Source: Escherichia phage vB_EcoS-G3B1
Sequence record: MZ234033.1
Strand: one strand, 5' to 3'
DNA length: 51,299 nucleotides
Shown here: positions 1 to 7,805 of the stretch, in pieces
How positions within the stretch are numbered: position 1 is the first letter of the stretch
Layout of the letters: the number at the start of each line of letters is the position of its first letter
Position numbers and translations under genes: made by a program
Notes under the pieces: generated by a model
What the model saw: the letters and a program-made list of their open reading frames with translations, nothing else
Told to the model about the DNA's origin: nothing
The model's database searches: none

Positions 1-127
1 AAGGAGTCAATAAGCCACGATGAATTTATGGGGATCTTGTTGTTCGGTGACTCTTATCGTCTTGGTTACAAGATGGTTGAGCTTGTGGAAGAGGTCAAAT
101 TCTAAATAGCACTTTTTGTTAAAACTC
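1..127. repeat. Terminal 127-bp sequence identical to 51173-51299 (circular closure overlap)
   Basis: First 127 bases of the window are repeated exactly at its end; the ORF 51092..51277 reads through the junction. Confidence 0.9.
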
Positions 128-149
128 GAAAACGATAACCAGGCATAAT
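104..149 (+). promoter_or_regulatory. Cassette motif + CATAAT (copy also at 51276-51299)
   Basis: AAATAGCACTTTTTGTTAAAAC at 104-125 beginning on stop codon; CATAAT at 144-149. Confidence 0.55.
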
Positions 150-203
150 AAATCACATAGGGCGGCACTGCGTCGCCCACAAAACCAATCAGGAGAAAGC
201 ACC

Positions 204-1097
204 ATGTTAAAACTTGCTGACATTAAATTCCCGATCACCTTCGAATCTCGCGGCATTGGTCATTACATTTTTACCGATGAAAAAACATGCCATAAGGTTG
301 ATATGAATAGCGACAAACTAAGCCCATCAGACATGGAGATTGAACACTTTATTGATGCGCACAATACGCAGTACAACGCACTTAAAGACTATGGCTATGC
401 AATGCCAGGATATACCAGCTTCCACTACAAGCCATATAAAGGCCAGGTGTTGCCAGTGCGCTCACCGGAACGCGCAGAGATTCCGATGGTCGAGATGAAA
501 ACATGCGACTATAAAAAGCTGTGGTGCTTAAGTGTTGACAATATCAAGTATCCGATCACGTTCTACACGGTTGGTAATTCAACGATTCGATTCACATCGC
601 GCGACAATGGAGTTTATAGCGATGGTACGAAATCAGAGTTGAAAGTTGATTTCTTTGTTAACGGTCACAATAGATACAATCCGCACAACGAAGAGGATAA
701 AGTGTACTACGTGGAAGACATTACAAAACACTTGTTTGGAGAAACTCCATTCGGCGGCGGTAAGACGTCAATTCAAAAAATCATTGGCGATGAGATCCAC
801 AAAGCGGCTGCCGAAATGAAAGCGCCTGGAGGCTGGCGCATTGACAAGAGCGCATTTGCAAATCAAGAAATCGTAACGCAGGGCGCAATTGAAGATATGC
901 CAGTTGCAGCCACTCTAAAAGGAGTCCGGCTTGATGACGGCACCTGGTATGAAGTAACGGCTACGCCAAAGACGATCGAGATTCATGATGACGTTGTTAT
1001 CCTTCTGCTTCACTACGGCGGCTATAAAAACCGGACGATTGCAGGTGAGATCAGCATTAAGCGCGGAACGATGGTTAAGTGGAAGGTCAAAGTGTAA
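204..1097 (+). CDS. Hypothetical protein with internal duplication (297 aa)
   Basis: ATG preceded by AGGAG; two related segments (IKFPITFESRGIGHYIFTDEKT / IKYPITFYTVGNSTIRFTSRDNG); stop TAA embedded in cassette motif. Confidence 0.6.
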   Translation: MLKLADIKFPITFESRGIGHYIFTDEKTCHKVDMNSDKLSPSDMEIEHFIDAHNTQYNALKDYGYAMPGYTSFHYKPYKGQVLPVRSPERAEIPMVEMKTCDYKKLWCLSVDNIKYPITFYTVGNSTIRFTSRDNGVYSDGTKSELKVDFFVNGHNRYNPHNEEDKVYYVEDITKHLFGETPFGGGKTSIQKIIGDEIHKAAAEMKAPGGWRIDKSAFANQEIVTQGAIEDMPVAATLKGVRLDDGTWYEVTATPKTIEIHDDVVILLLHYGGYKNRTIAGEISIKRGTMVKWKVKV

Positions 1098-1140
1098 ATA
1101 GCACTTTTTGTTAAAACTCAAATGTGGGGCCAGGTATAAT
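1096..1140 (+). promoter_or_regulatory. Cassette motif + hairpin + TATAAT
   Basis: AAATAGCACTTTTTGTTAAAAC at 1096-1117; GGGCCAGGTATAATGGCCC with TATAAT at 1135-1140. Confidence 0.55.
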
Positions 1141-1170
1141 GGCCCTACTTTCAACGAAGGAGATAAAACG

Positions 1171-1392
1171 ATGTACATTAAAAAGAAGATGAAATGCGTT
1201 TCCGTTAACTATGCTTGCTCTGGCATGTTCAAGCCTGGCGAAATATATACGGCGCAAAAACTGAAATCATCAACCGGATCTTTTTACGTGAGCAATAGTA
1301 AGGGGCATCGCATGTTCCTGAACGGCGGCGAAGGCACTAAGGTTATGGCACACGCTATGGTAATGGCTGAATTTGAGGAAGTGAAACAATGA
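1171..1392 (+). CDS. Small hypothetical protein (73 aa), paralog of next gene
   Basis: RBS GGAGA upstream of ATG 1171; shares PGxxY...FLNGGEG...AEFEEVK pattern with 1389..1634. Confidence 0.55.
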   Translation: MYIKKKMKCVSVNYACSGMFKPGEIYTAQKLKSSTGSFYVSNSKGHRMFLNGGEGTKVMAHAMVMAEFEEVKQ

Positions 1393-1634
1393 TCATTGAA
1401 AACAATTTTCTTTGCGTTAAGAGCAATAGACCATTCTTCACGCCTGGCAAGGTGTACCAGGGCAAGAAGGACACAAGAGATGGTCACTCTTATCATGTTC
1501 ACTGCAACAACGGATACAAGTTTTACCTTAACGGCGAGAATGGAACAGAGATCGTTGCGTTTGAAAACGTAGTTGCCGAGTTTGAGCAGATTACAGACGC
1601 AGAATTTGAGGAAGTGAAAGATGAAAACAAATAA
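1389..1634 (+). CDS. Small hypothetical protein (81 aa), paralog of previous gene
   Basis: ATGA start/stop overlap with upstream gene; conserved YLNGENGTEIVAFENVVAEFE...EFEEVK. Confidence 0.55.
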   Translation: MIIENNFLCVKSNRPFFTPGKVYQGKKDTRDGHSYHVHCNNGYKFYLNGENGTEIVAFENVVAEFEQITDAEFEEVKDENK

Positions 1635-1842
1635 GCGCGTCAAGCACAGGTTTACTGATAACCACGGCGACGCGATTGATGTATACAAGTTTGGCGATCG
1701 AGTTTTTATTGATGGCACGTTTGAAGGTGGGCGTAGGCCGGATTTTAGGTCGATACTTACCGTTGACCAAGTGCGCAAGCTGGCAGATAAGTTAAATGAT
1801 CTGGCAGATGAAATAGAATACAAGCAAATCCATTTTAATTGA
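1621..1842 (+). CDS. Hypothetical protein (73 aa)
   Basis: ORF with overlapping start in early cassette array. Confidence 0.5.
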   Translation: MKTNKRVKHRFTDNHGDAIDVYKFGDRVFIDGTFEGGRRPDFRSILTVDQVRKLADKLNDLADEIEYKQIHFN

Positions 1843-1853
1843 TAGGTTTTATA

Positions 1854-2393
1854 ATGAAAAAATACACTTTCGAACTATGGGGCAAGAAGTACGAATTAAT
1901 AACCAGCAAGCCGATTGTTATCGTTGACCTGGACGGCACACTATCGGACGGATCGCATCGTTTGCATTTGCTGCCAACTGAAAACTTGCACCTTACGGAG
2001 TCGTGGAGCGAATTTAACAGGGCCGCCGCCGGAGATTCACCGATTAAAAGCACGATCGCGGTTATTAACGGTTTGTGGGTGTCGGGATTTGCCATCGTCA
2101 TCTTGACCGGACGCAGCGAAGAGGTGCGCTATGAAACCTGCAAATGGTTGAATGAGAGCGGCGTGAAGTTTGACGAAATCATCATGCGCCGCCAGGAGGA
2201 CAACCGAAAGGATACGGTTATTAAAGAAGAAGCCTTGCGCGCTATTGGCCTGGACAATATTGTTTGCGCCTTTGACGATTCGCCGAACGTTGTTAAGCAC
2301 TTCCGCAGCCTGGGAATCACAACCTATCAGGTCACGGAATACGACAAGCCGCACGCTCACCTGCAATCTCACGGCGTGGAGTGTTTAAAATGA
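1854..2393 (+). CDS. Polynucleotide 3'-phosphatase, HAD family (T4 Pnkp phosphatase-domain-like)
   Basis: DxDGT motif (VIVDLDGTL), TGRSEE and RRQEDNRKDTVIKEE segments, C-terminal AFDDSPNVV; resembles the phosphatase half of T4 Pnkp from memory. Confidence 0.7.
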   Translation: MKKYTFELWGKKYELITSKPIVIVDLDGTLSDGSHRLHLLPTENLHLTESWSEFNRAAAGDSPIKSTIAVINGLWVSGFAIVILTGRSEEVRYETCKWLNESGVKFDEIIMRRQEDNRKDTVIKEEALRAIGLDNIVCAFDDSPNVVKHFRSLGITTYQVTEYDKPHAHLQSHGVECLK

Positions 2394-2551
2394 CTTGGTT
2401 GCTTTTAATATTTGTCACAAGTTACAACTCCGCAGCTATTGAGTCGCAGGAGTTCCACGGCGAATCAAGATGCCAGGAAGCGCGAAAGCAAGTTATTCTC
2501 CACATGTCAGATAGTGGGAAGGATGTAACAGCGTTATGCGTTCGTAAATAG
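2390..2551 (+). CDS. Small hydrophobic-N-terminus peptide (53 aa)
   Basis: ATGA overlap with upstream stop; uninterrupted 54 codons translated by hand; stop TAG sits inside cassette motif; below the 60-aa ORF-track threshold. Confidence 0.3.
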   Translation: MTWLLLIFVTSYNSAAIESQEFHGESRCQEARKQVILHMSDSGKDVTALCVRK

Positions 2552-2596
2552 CACTTTTTGCAAAAAACAGATCATCGGGCTTGCTGTATAGTAAGC
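2546..2596 (+). promoter_or_regulatory. Cassette motif variant + hairpin with TATAGT
   Basis: AAATAGCACTTTTTGCAAAAAAC at 2546-2568; hairpin GGGCTTGCTGTATAGTAAGCCC. Confidence 0.5.
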
Positions 2597-2623
2597 CCAT
2601 CAACAACAAACGAGGATTAAATC

Positions 2624-2887
2624 ATGGCTAACAAGATCGAGTTTTTTAAAGCTGTAGACATTATCGACGGCGCGCCTAGCTTCTTTGCTATCCATTCTAT
2701 TGACGGCAAGGATATTGGGTACAACGTTATCCGTCGAGATGGAATATCAAAAATTAGTGACCTGGTAGGCCATATTGTGTCAAACGGGAAATGCGCATGG
2801 CCCGATTCGCCACGAGAGCCGCGCCGCCGCGACATGGTAGAGCCTGTTCTGCTTTACACTCTGGTAGTAGAGGGAGAAAATAAATGA
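2624..2887 (+). CDS. Hypothetical protein (87 aa)
   Basis: ATG 2624 preceded by GAGGA; downstream of cassette motif. Confidence 0.55.
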   Translation: MANKIEFFKAVDIIDGAPSFFAIHSIDGKDIGYNVIRRDGISKISDLVGHIVSNGKCAWPDSPREPRRRDMVEPVLLYTLVVEGENK

Positions 2888-3069
2888 TTTTGTTACTTGC
2901 TTTTTTGGTTGTTTTTCTTTACATTTCAGGCTTATTCACGTTCCGCGCGTTTGTGAAATATTCTGGCGCGACAAACAAGGACGATAAAATCGTTCTAGCT
3001 TTCTGGTTTGTTTGGGTGTGGTTAGCAATTTACGAGATCATCAGAGACAAACAGAAATTTGAGTGGTGA
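2884..3069 (+). CDS. Small membrane protein (61 aa, two predicted TM segments)
   Basis: ATGA overlap with upstream gene; hydrophobic stretches LLLAFLVVFLYISGLF and LAFWFVWVWLAIY. Confidence 0.5.
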   Translation: MILLLAFLVVFLYISGLFTFRAFVKYSGATNKDDKIVLAFWFVWVWLAIYEIIRDKQKFEW

Positions 3070-3125
3070 TTCTTGCTATGGCGCATTCATGCAGTGCGCC
3101 ATGTTGAGAAAACCTAAAGGGGGAA

Positions 3126-3278
3126 ATGATGCGTAACTTTGAAAAAATCATTACCAAAAAGAAGCGTCGCGGGTACGATGAGCATGTGGAGCTTGTGAAA
3201 AAGCAACGCAAGAAGCGCAACGAAGACAAGAAGCGCGGGAAAAAATTTAATGCGATTTTTCGCTATGGAGATCATTAA
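3126..3278 (+). CDS. Small highly basic protein (50 aa)
   Basis: Strong RBS AAAGGGGGAA before ATG; K/R-rich product (KKKRRG...KKQRKKRNEDKKRGKK); stop 3 nt before next ATG. Confidence 0.35.
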   Translation: MMRNFEKIITKKKRRGYDEHVELVKKQRKKRNEDKKRGKKFNAIFRYGDH

Positions 3279-3280
3279 TC

Positions 3281-3871
3281 ATGAAACGAGACATTATCAT
3301 CCTTAATGGGACGCCAGGTTGCGGGAAGGACACTATTGCAGCTTACCTAACGGGCCATAGTTACCCAGCGGTTAAGGCGTCATTCAAACAGCCGATGTTC
3401 GATATTGCGTTTTCCATGCTTGGCCCGACTCGATATGATGAGTTTATTGACCTGTACAACGACCGAGAGCAAAAAGAAAAGCCTCAAGTTATCTTAGGCG
3501 GCAAGTCACCTCGACAATTCATGATCTGGATTAGCGAGGATGTAATGAAGCCAGTCTTTGGGGATCACTATTTCGGGCGTCGAATGGTTGAAGAGATTAA
3601 CGAGATGTACCGAGATTTGGCGGTTGTGATCAGTGATGGCGGATTCCCCGAAGAAATCAAGCCGCTTGTTAAGGCAGGGCATGAAGTGCATATTTGCCGA
3701 TTGCATCGCGACGGCTTCACGTTTGCTGGCGATTCGAGAGACTACATTGACCTGAGCGGTTATCACTATCGAATCCATCACTATGACTTCCACTTGCAGG
3801 ACGGCAAGCCGGAACTGGCTGTAAACGAGATCGTCAATGCTGTCAAATGGAAGCACACACAGATTAAATAG
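3281..3871 (+). CDS. P-loop nucleotide or polynucleotide kinase (T4 gp1 dNMP-kinase-like Walker A)
   Basis: Walker A GTPGCGKDT near N-terminus; size 196 aa; adjacent to phosphatase gene cassette. Confidence 0.5.
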   Translation: MKRDIIILNGTPGCGKDTIAAYLTGHSYPAVKASFKQPMFDIAFSMLGPTRYDEFIDLYNDREQKEKPQVILGGKSPRQFMIWISEDVMKPVFGDHYFGRRMVEEINEMYRDLAVVISDGGFPEEIKPLVKAGHEVHICRLHRDGFTFAGDSRDYIDLSGYHYRIHHYDFHLQDGKPELAVNEIVNAVKWKHTQIK

Positions 3872-3911
3872 CACGAATTGCTAAACGCGGGGCGCAATGC
3901 CTCGCTATAAT
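3866..3911 (+). promoter_or_regulatory. Cassette motif variant + TATAAT
   Basis: AAATAGCACGAATTGCTAAAC at 3866-3886 on stop codon; TATAAT 3906-3911. Confidence 0.5.
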
Positions 3912-3941
3912 GCAAGCACCAATCAACGAGAGGAAACAATC

Positions 3942-4343
3942 ATGGTGGAGTTAAACGACATTCGCGTTGGAACAAAATTTCGCGTAACCTGGGCAGATAA
4001 ATATTGTGGCGTTAGCAAGGGCCAGGTTGTTGCGGTGGATAGTATTTATCGTGGTGTTAGTGGTGACTTTCGCCGTCCGCGCATCAATAATGGCTATATC
4101 ATTACTCGCCGTATTGGCTTTGATAATTATTGCGTAGTGGCGACTCAAGGAGTTTTGATTGAGCTTAAGAGAATCAGCGATCATCGCGGTCGTCATGTTA
4201 AGGCAATTAAAACACCATTTCAGCGAGCGAGATACGATGCGCGACGTATGCGCCGACTTGCGCGAAATGCGATCAAGTTCAAAAAGCCTGGCGATGATTT
4301 TTACGGCATGTATAAGGGGATTGCTCGCAATGCTGGGAAATAA
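3942..4343 (+). CDS. Hypothetical protein (133 aa)
   Basis: Downstream of cassette motif and TATAAT at 3906-3911; RBS GAGAGGAAA. Confidence 0.5.
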   Translation: MVELNDIRVGTKFRVTWADKYCGVSKGQVVAVDSIYRGVSGDFRRPRINNGYIITRRIGFDNYCVVATQGVLIELKRISDHRGRHVKAIKTPFQRARYDARRMRRLARNAIKFKKPGDDFYGMYKGIARNAGK

Positions 4344-4442
4344 CAATAACGCAACGAATCCTAAGCCACCTTTTGATTTTCATTCCGCAATGATTGCGGT
4401 ATTATCAATGCTACTTTTTCTTTATAGCATGAGGGCGCTACT

Positions 4443-4691
4443 ATGGTTTTTAACGCATTGAAACGACTGTTTAAGCCGGAATACCGGATCGTATTTTGCC
4501 GCGACTGTTCTACTTATCATGTGCAGCGACGCAGCTTAGGCGGCAATTGGCACTATGTTACAGACGACTTTTTCGGCATCATTGCCACTGAATTTAAGTA
4601 TTACAGCGATGCTTATATGTACGTCAAGAAGCGCCACCGCTTACGCAAGTGTCGTTTTTCCGTGCTGATTCACGTTAATGATTGTTACTGA
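4443..4691 (+). CDS. Hypothetical Cys-containing protein (82 aa)
   Basis: ORF in early array; FCRDCSTYH segment. Confidence 0.4.
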   Translation: MVFNALKRLFKPEYRIVFCRDCSTYHVQRRSLGGNWHYVTDDFFGIIATEFKYYSDAYMYVKKRHRLRKCRFSVLIHVNDCY

Positions 4692-4698
4692 GGTGAAA

Positions 4699-4881
4699 AT
4701 GAAAACTGGTGTTATTATTCTTTTTCTGATCCTTTTAGGCAGCCACTTAACCATTAACTATGAGGGCATTATGGCCTTTTGGGGCAACTTGATGATGTTT
4801 GCTGCTGGTTCAATTGCTGGCTACTCTGACGGGAAAAAGGATGGTGTGCGCAAGATGCTGATGGGGCTTAAACAAAAATAA
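4699..4881 (+). CDS. Small membrane protein (60 aa)
   Basis: RBS GAGGTGAAA before ATG 4699; hydrophobic VIILFLILLGSHL and LMMFAAGSIAGY. Confidence 0.5.
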   Translation: MKTGVIILFLILLGSHLTINYEGIMAFWGNLMMFAAGSIAGYSDGKKDGVRKMLMGLKQK

Positions 4882-4892
4882 GGGGATATGAA

Positions 4893-5183
4893 ATGGCAAA
4901 CAAAACTTACCGCAAACTACTGGTTAACGCTTTTGAAAACATCGCGCAGTGTAACAAGTGGAACGACTCTAAACACTCGCCAATCACAATGAAGCGCGCC
5001 GGATTCAAAAATACTCGTTCATGGGCGCGAGCTTTCGCAGCTTGCTATATGCCGGATGGCGGACTAGGGGTGATGAACGATTTTTTGATCAACATGATAG
5101 AGGAAGCGGCGCGAGAGGATCGACCGCTGACACAGCGAGATTTTGACGGCTTCGCGCGCGATGAGCTTTACTATCTGAGTTAA
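4893..5183 (+). CDS. Hypothetical protein (96 aa)
   Basis: RBS AGGGGA; stop TAA embedded in cassette motif at 5182. Confidence 0.55.
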   Translation: MANKTYRKLLVNAFENIAQCNKWNDSKHSPITMKRAGFKNTRSWARAFAACYMPDGGLGVMNDFLINMIEEAAREDRPLTQRDFDGFARDELYYLS

Positions 5184-5232
5184 TAGCACTTTTTGTTAAA
5201 ACTTCCGCAAGGGCATTTGGTAAAGTGCCCTT
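5182..5232 (+). promoter_or_regulatory. Cassette motif + hairpin
   Basis: AATAGCACTTTTTGTTAAAAC at 5182-5202; hairpin AAGGGCATTTGGTAAAGTGCCCTT. Confidence 0.55.
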
Positions 5233-5258
5233 ATTGAAGCGAAACAGAGGAAAGCGCA

Positions 5259-5471
5259 ATGAAAATCAAAATCACCAAAATCGACACTATCAACGGCGAC
5301 GGATCAATCACTCTTGAGCAATGTGGCTTGGTTGTTGGTGATGTGCTGGAAGTTGACGGACATTTCAGCGACGGATCTTATTGTGTTATTGCGCCGCGCA
5401 ACAGCGAGTTTATCAAGGCTGGCGACAATATTAGTGTTAACCATGACGAATGCGAGGTAGTAGAAGAATGA
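5259..5471 (+). CDS. Small acidic protein (70 aa)
   Basis: Downstream of cassette motif; D/E-rich, ends ECEVVEE. Confidence 0.55.
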   Translation: MKIKITKIDTINGDGSITLEQCGLVVGDVLEVDGHFSDGSYCVIAPRNSEFIKAGDNISVNHDECEVVEE

Positions 5472-5701
5472 TCACGATTAACCTTTCAGAGAAGCAAGCA
5501 TATCAAGTGATGCGCTACATTTCTGGCTTTGGTATGGAAGGCGCTATGGGTGAAGTTGCGGATCAGATTTGCCGTCAACTTACACCAGCACCAACGCGAG
5601 CGGCAGAAACTGCCGCATGGCGCAACGAGGCTGGATACATCCAGAAAGCTATTGAAGACTGGAAGCGCATAAACGAGACTATGGAGGAATCAGGTTTATG
5701 A
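5468..5701 (+). CDS. Hypothetical protein (77 aa)
   Basis: ATGA overlap; RBS GAGGTAG. Confidence 0.5.
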   Translation: MITINLSEKQAYQVMRYISGFGMEGAMGEVADQICRQLTPAPTRAAETAAWRNEAGYIQKAIEDWKRINETMEESGL

Positions 5702-6012
5702 TTTATATTCACTACTACCAAATCGGAACTAACGAGAACAAGAAAGAGCATCGTTTCATCCATGATGATTTGGACAAGGCAAAGGCACAGCAACAGGTTT
5801 TAGGCGGTGTCATTCAGGCTTTTGAGCCTGTAGAAGATATTGAGTACCGCGAGCATTTAAAAGATGTTGTTATTGATGAGATCTCTTGCTTGATTGATGA
5901 TATGACAAATCACGGCCCTGGTTCCCCGTGGGAAGATGCAGGATCTGTAACGTGGGATAAGGCCAAAGTTAAGACGCTAAACAACTTTCGAGAGATTCTC
6001 GACGGTTTTTAA
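5698..6012 (+). CDS. Acidic hypothetical protein (104 aa)
   Basis: ATGA overlap with upstream gene. Confidence 0.5.
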   Translation: MIYIHYYQIGTNENKKEHRFIHDDLDKAKAQQQVLGGVIQAFEPVEDIEYREHLKDVVIDEISCLIDDMTNHGPGSPWEDAGSVTWDKAKVKTLNNFREILDGF

Positions 6013-6082
6013 TTAAAAACGCATAGCCGTTAGAGCGCCTAAATCGCATTCTAACGAGCTATTTTTCTGGTAAGGTGATTTA

Positions 6083-6211
6083 ATGGATGAGTACAAACAA
6101 CCCTCGCAATGGTGCAAAGAGAAGCAGGAGGAAGCACTTGAGCGCGGAGATGTAGAAGAAGCTATGAACTATTTCAAACTTGCGGAAGAATGGAAGGGGA
6201 GAGGATACTGA
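6083..6211 (+). CDS. Small hypothetical protein (42 aa)
   Basis: RBS AAGGTGA before ATG 6083; stop overlaps next start. Confidence 0.3.
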   Translation: MDEYKQPSQWCKEKQEEALERGDVEEAMNYFKLAEEWKGRGY

Positions 6212-6441
6212 TGTTCGGCATGAACGAGGCGCAATTCAACGCAGCTAAACGCCAGGCTAAAAAGTGCGGCGAGGCAATGAAAGCGGATGTGGAAAAGCGC
6301 GGGAAGTATGTTGATGAAGTAATGAAGGGCATCATTGCAGAACACTACCAGCCAATCGCGCCAATGTTGACGATCACTCAATTCATTTGGCTATGTGGTT
6401 ACTTGCGCGGACGTTGGGGGAACGCTTTCGACAGGGAATGA
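6211..6441 (+). CDS. Hypothetical protein (76 aa)
   Basis: ATG 6211 after GGAGAGGA; ORF-track entry 6190..6441 trimmed to first ATG. Confidence 0.45.
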   Translation: MFGMNEAQFNAAKRQAKKCGEAMKADVEKRGKYVDEVMKGIIAEHYQPIAPMLTITQFIWLCGYLRGRWGNAFDRE

Positions 6442-6602
6442 TTGACAACTCTTTCCTGATTGGTTAGCATGGCGTCGTTTACATAAGAGCGGCTTTGTCC
6501 GAACGCGTGACGCGATAGTCACACAACAACGGCGATATGCAGGAGGTTTTTGCAATGCAAAATAATCCGTAAGACGTATCGCCTTTTTAATGGAGATCCA
6601 AA

Positions 6603-6836
6603 ATGATTAAATACAAATTAACCGTTTCTTTCCGTGATACCGTTATTCATCCTTTCTACAATAGCTTTGTTAACAGCTTTACAGTAGAAGCGACAAATGA
6701 TCAGCTTGGCGGTGACGAAACTTGCATTTCTATCGGCAATGTTGCTTATCCGATTCACAACATTACCAGCATTAAGCGTGAGGTTGTCGCTGATGAATTA
6801 CAAAGTGAAGATGACGATCCGGCGAATGGGGCGTAA
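6603..6836 (+). CDS. Acidic hypothetical protein (77 aa)
   Basis: RBS TGGAGA before ATG 6603. Confidence 0.5.
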   Translation: MIKYKLTVSFRDTVIHPFYNSFVNSFTVEATNDQLGGDETCISIGNVAYPIHNITSIKREVVADELQSEDDDPANGA

Positions 6837-6974
6837 CTGCCAATCATGCAAACAGGAATATGAATGCGTAGTTGATGCTCTTGATGAACTGGAAGCAGTA
6901 GCAAAAGCAAAAGAGCAATCGGGCGCTAATCCTGAAACACATCAATTTTCAATTAATCTTGTGAGGGCTTTACA

Positions 6975-7199
6975 ATGATCGCATTATCTTTCTGCATTGG
7001 TTTTATCATGGCTATCATTATCTTTTCCGTTGTCATGCGCTTTGCTTATAAGTTCGTGATTAATAAAGGTTGGTACGCTTCTGCCATCTGGAGCGAAAAA
7101 CAAAAGAAATGGCTTGTACGTGGTCAATACCTGATGATCGGCAGCAAGATCCTAAATTCCATTCGAGCCAAAGATGGAAAAGTAAAATATACAGCTTAA
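6975..7199 (+). CDS. Small membrane protein (74 aa)
   Basis: N-terminal TM segment IALSFCIGFIMAIIIFSVVM; followed by intrinsic terminator. Confidence 0.5.
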   Translation: MIALSFCIGFIMAIIIFSVVMRFAYKFVINKGWYASAIWSEKQKKWLVRGQYLMIGSKILNSIRAKDGKVKYTA

Positions 7200-7203
7200 A
7201 AAT

Positions 7204-7228
7204 TACCCGCCGCACGGCGGGTTTTTTA
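7204..7228 (+). terminator. Rho-independent terminator ending early + block
   Basis: GC hairpin CCCGCCGCACGGCGGG followed by TTTTTT. Confidence 0.6.
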
Positions 7229-7277
7229 TTGCCCGTTGTCTGGTATAATCAGGCATCTAACCAAAGGAGGATTAATA

Positions 7278-7805
7278 ATGGCTAAAAATGTTGAGCCTGC
7301 TGTAAAGGCATTAAATTTCAAAGAGTTATACAATAAAACTTATGGCGATATTGTCACGCTAAACAACCGCCACAAGTACACGCCGGAACAGGTTTTTGAT
7401 ATGGCGATCCGCTATTTCACTTGGGCCGAAGAGAATCACATCCAGGCGGCTGAAACTGCTTCCTTTCAGGGTGACGTGTACGAGAGCAGAGTTTACAAGC
7501 CTCGCGTTTTCACGGTTAACGGATTCAGCTTGTATCTCGGCGTGACTGAGGCTGCCGTAAGCAAATGGCGTAAAGAGCCTGGATTCTGCGATGTGATGGA
7601 GTTTGTTGATAAAGTAATTTACGAGCAAAAATTCCAGCTTGCGGCAAATAACATGATTAATGCTGGATTTATCGGTAAAGAGATCGGCGTAGAGAAGCCA
7701 GCAACAGTGAGCGTTGAAGCTAGCGCGGCAGCTAATGCAAGCATTGACGCAGTAACTGCCGATGAGGTGAAAGAGGCTGTTATTGATATTCTGGAGCAAC
7801 TTTAA
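7278..7805 (+). CDS. Terminase small subunit (putative)
   Basis: RBS AAAGGAGG before ATG 7278; immediately upstream of and overlapping terminase large subunit. Confidence 0.5.
   Translation: MAKNVEPAVKALNFKELYNKTYGDIVTLNNRHKYTPEQVFDMAIRYFTWAEENHIQAAETASFQGDVYESRVYKPRVFTVNGFSLYLGVTEAAVSKWRKEPGFCDVMEFVDKVIYEQKFQLAANNMINAGFIGKEIGVEKPATVSVEASAAANASIDAVTADEVKEAVIDILEQL

Noticed and set aside
1-127. 127-bp terminal repeat as a biological direct terminal repeat
   Set aside because: Length and exactness fit an assembler overlap on a circular contig, and a pac-type T1-like phage is expected to be permuted; cannot be decided without reads.
4329-4461. Short ORF MLGNNNNATNPKPPFDFHSAMIAVLSMLLFLYSMRALLWFLTH overlapping two neighbours
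   Set aside because: Overlaps both flanking genes and lacks a clear RBS; could be a real small membrane peptide but evidence is insufficient.
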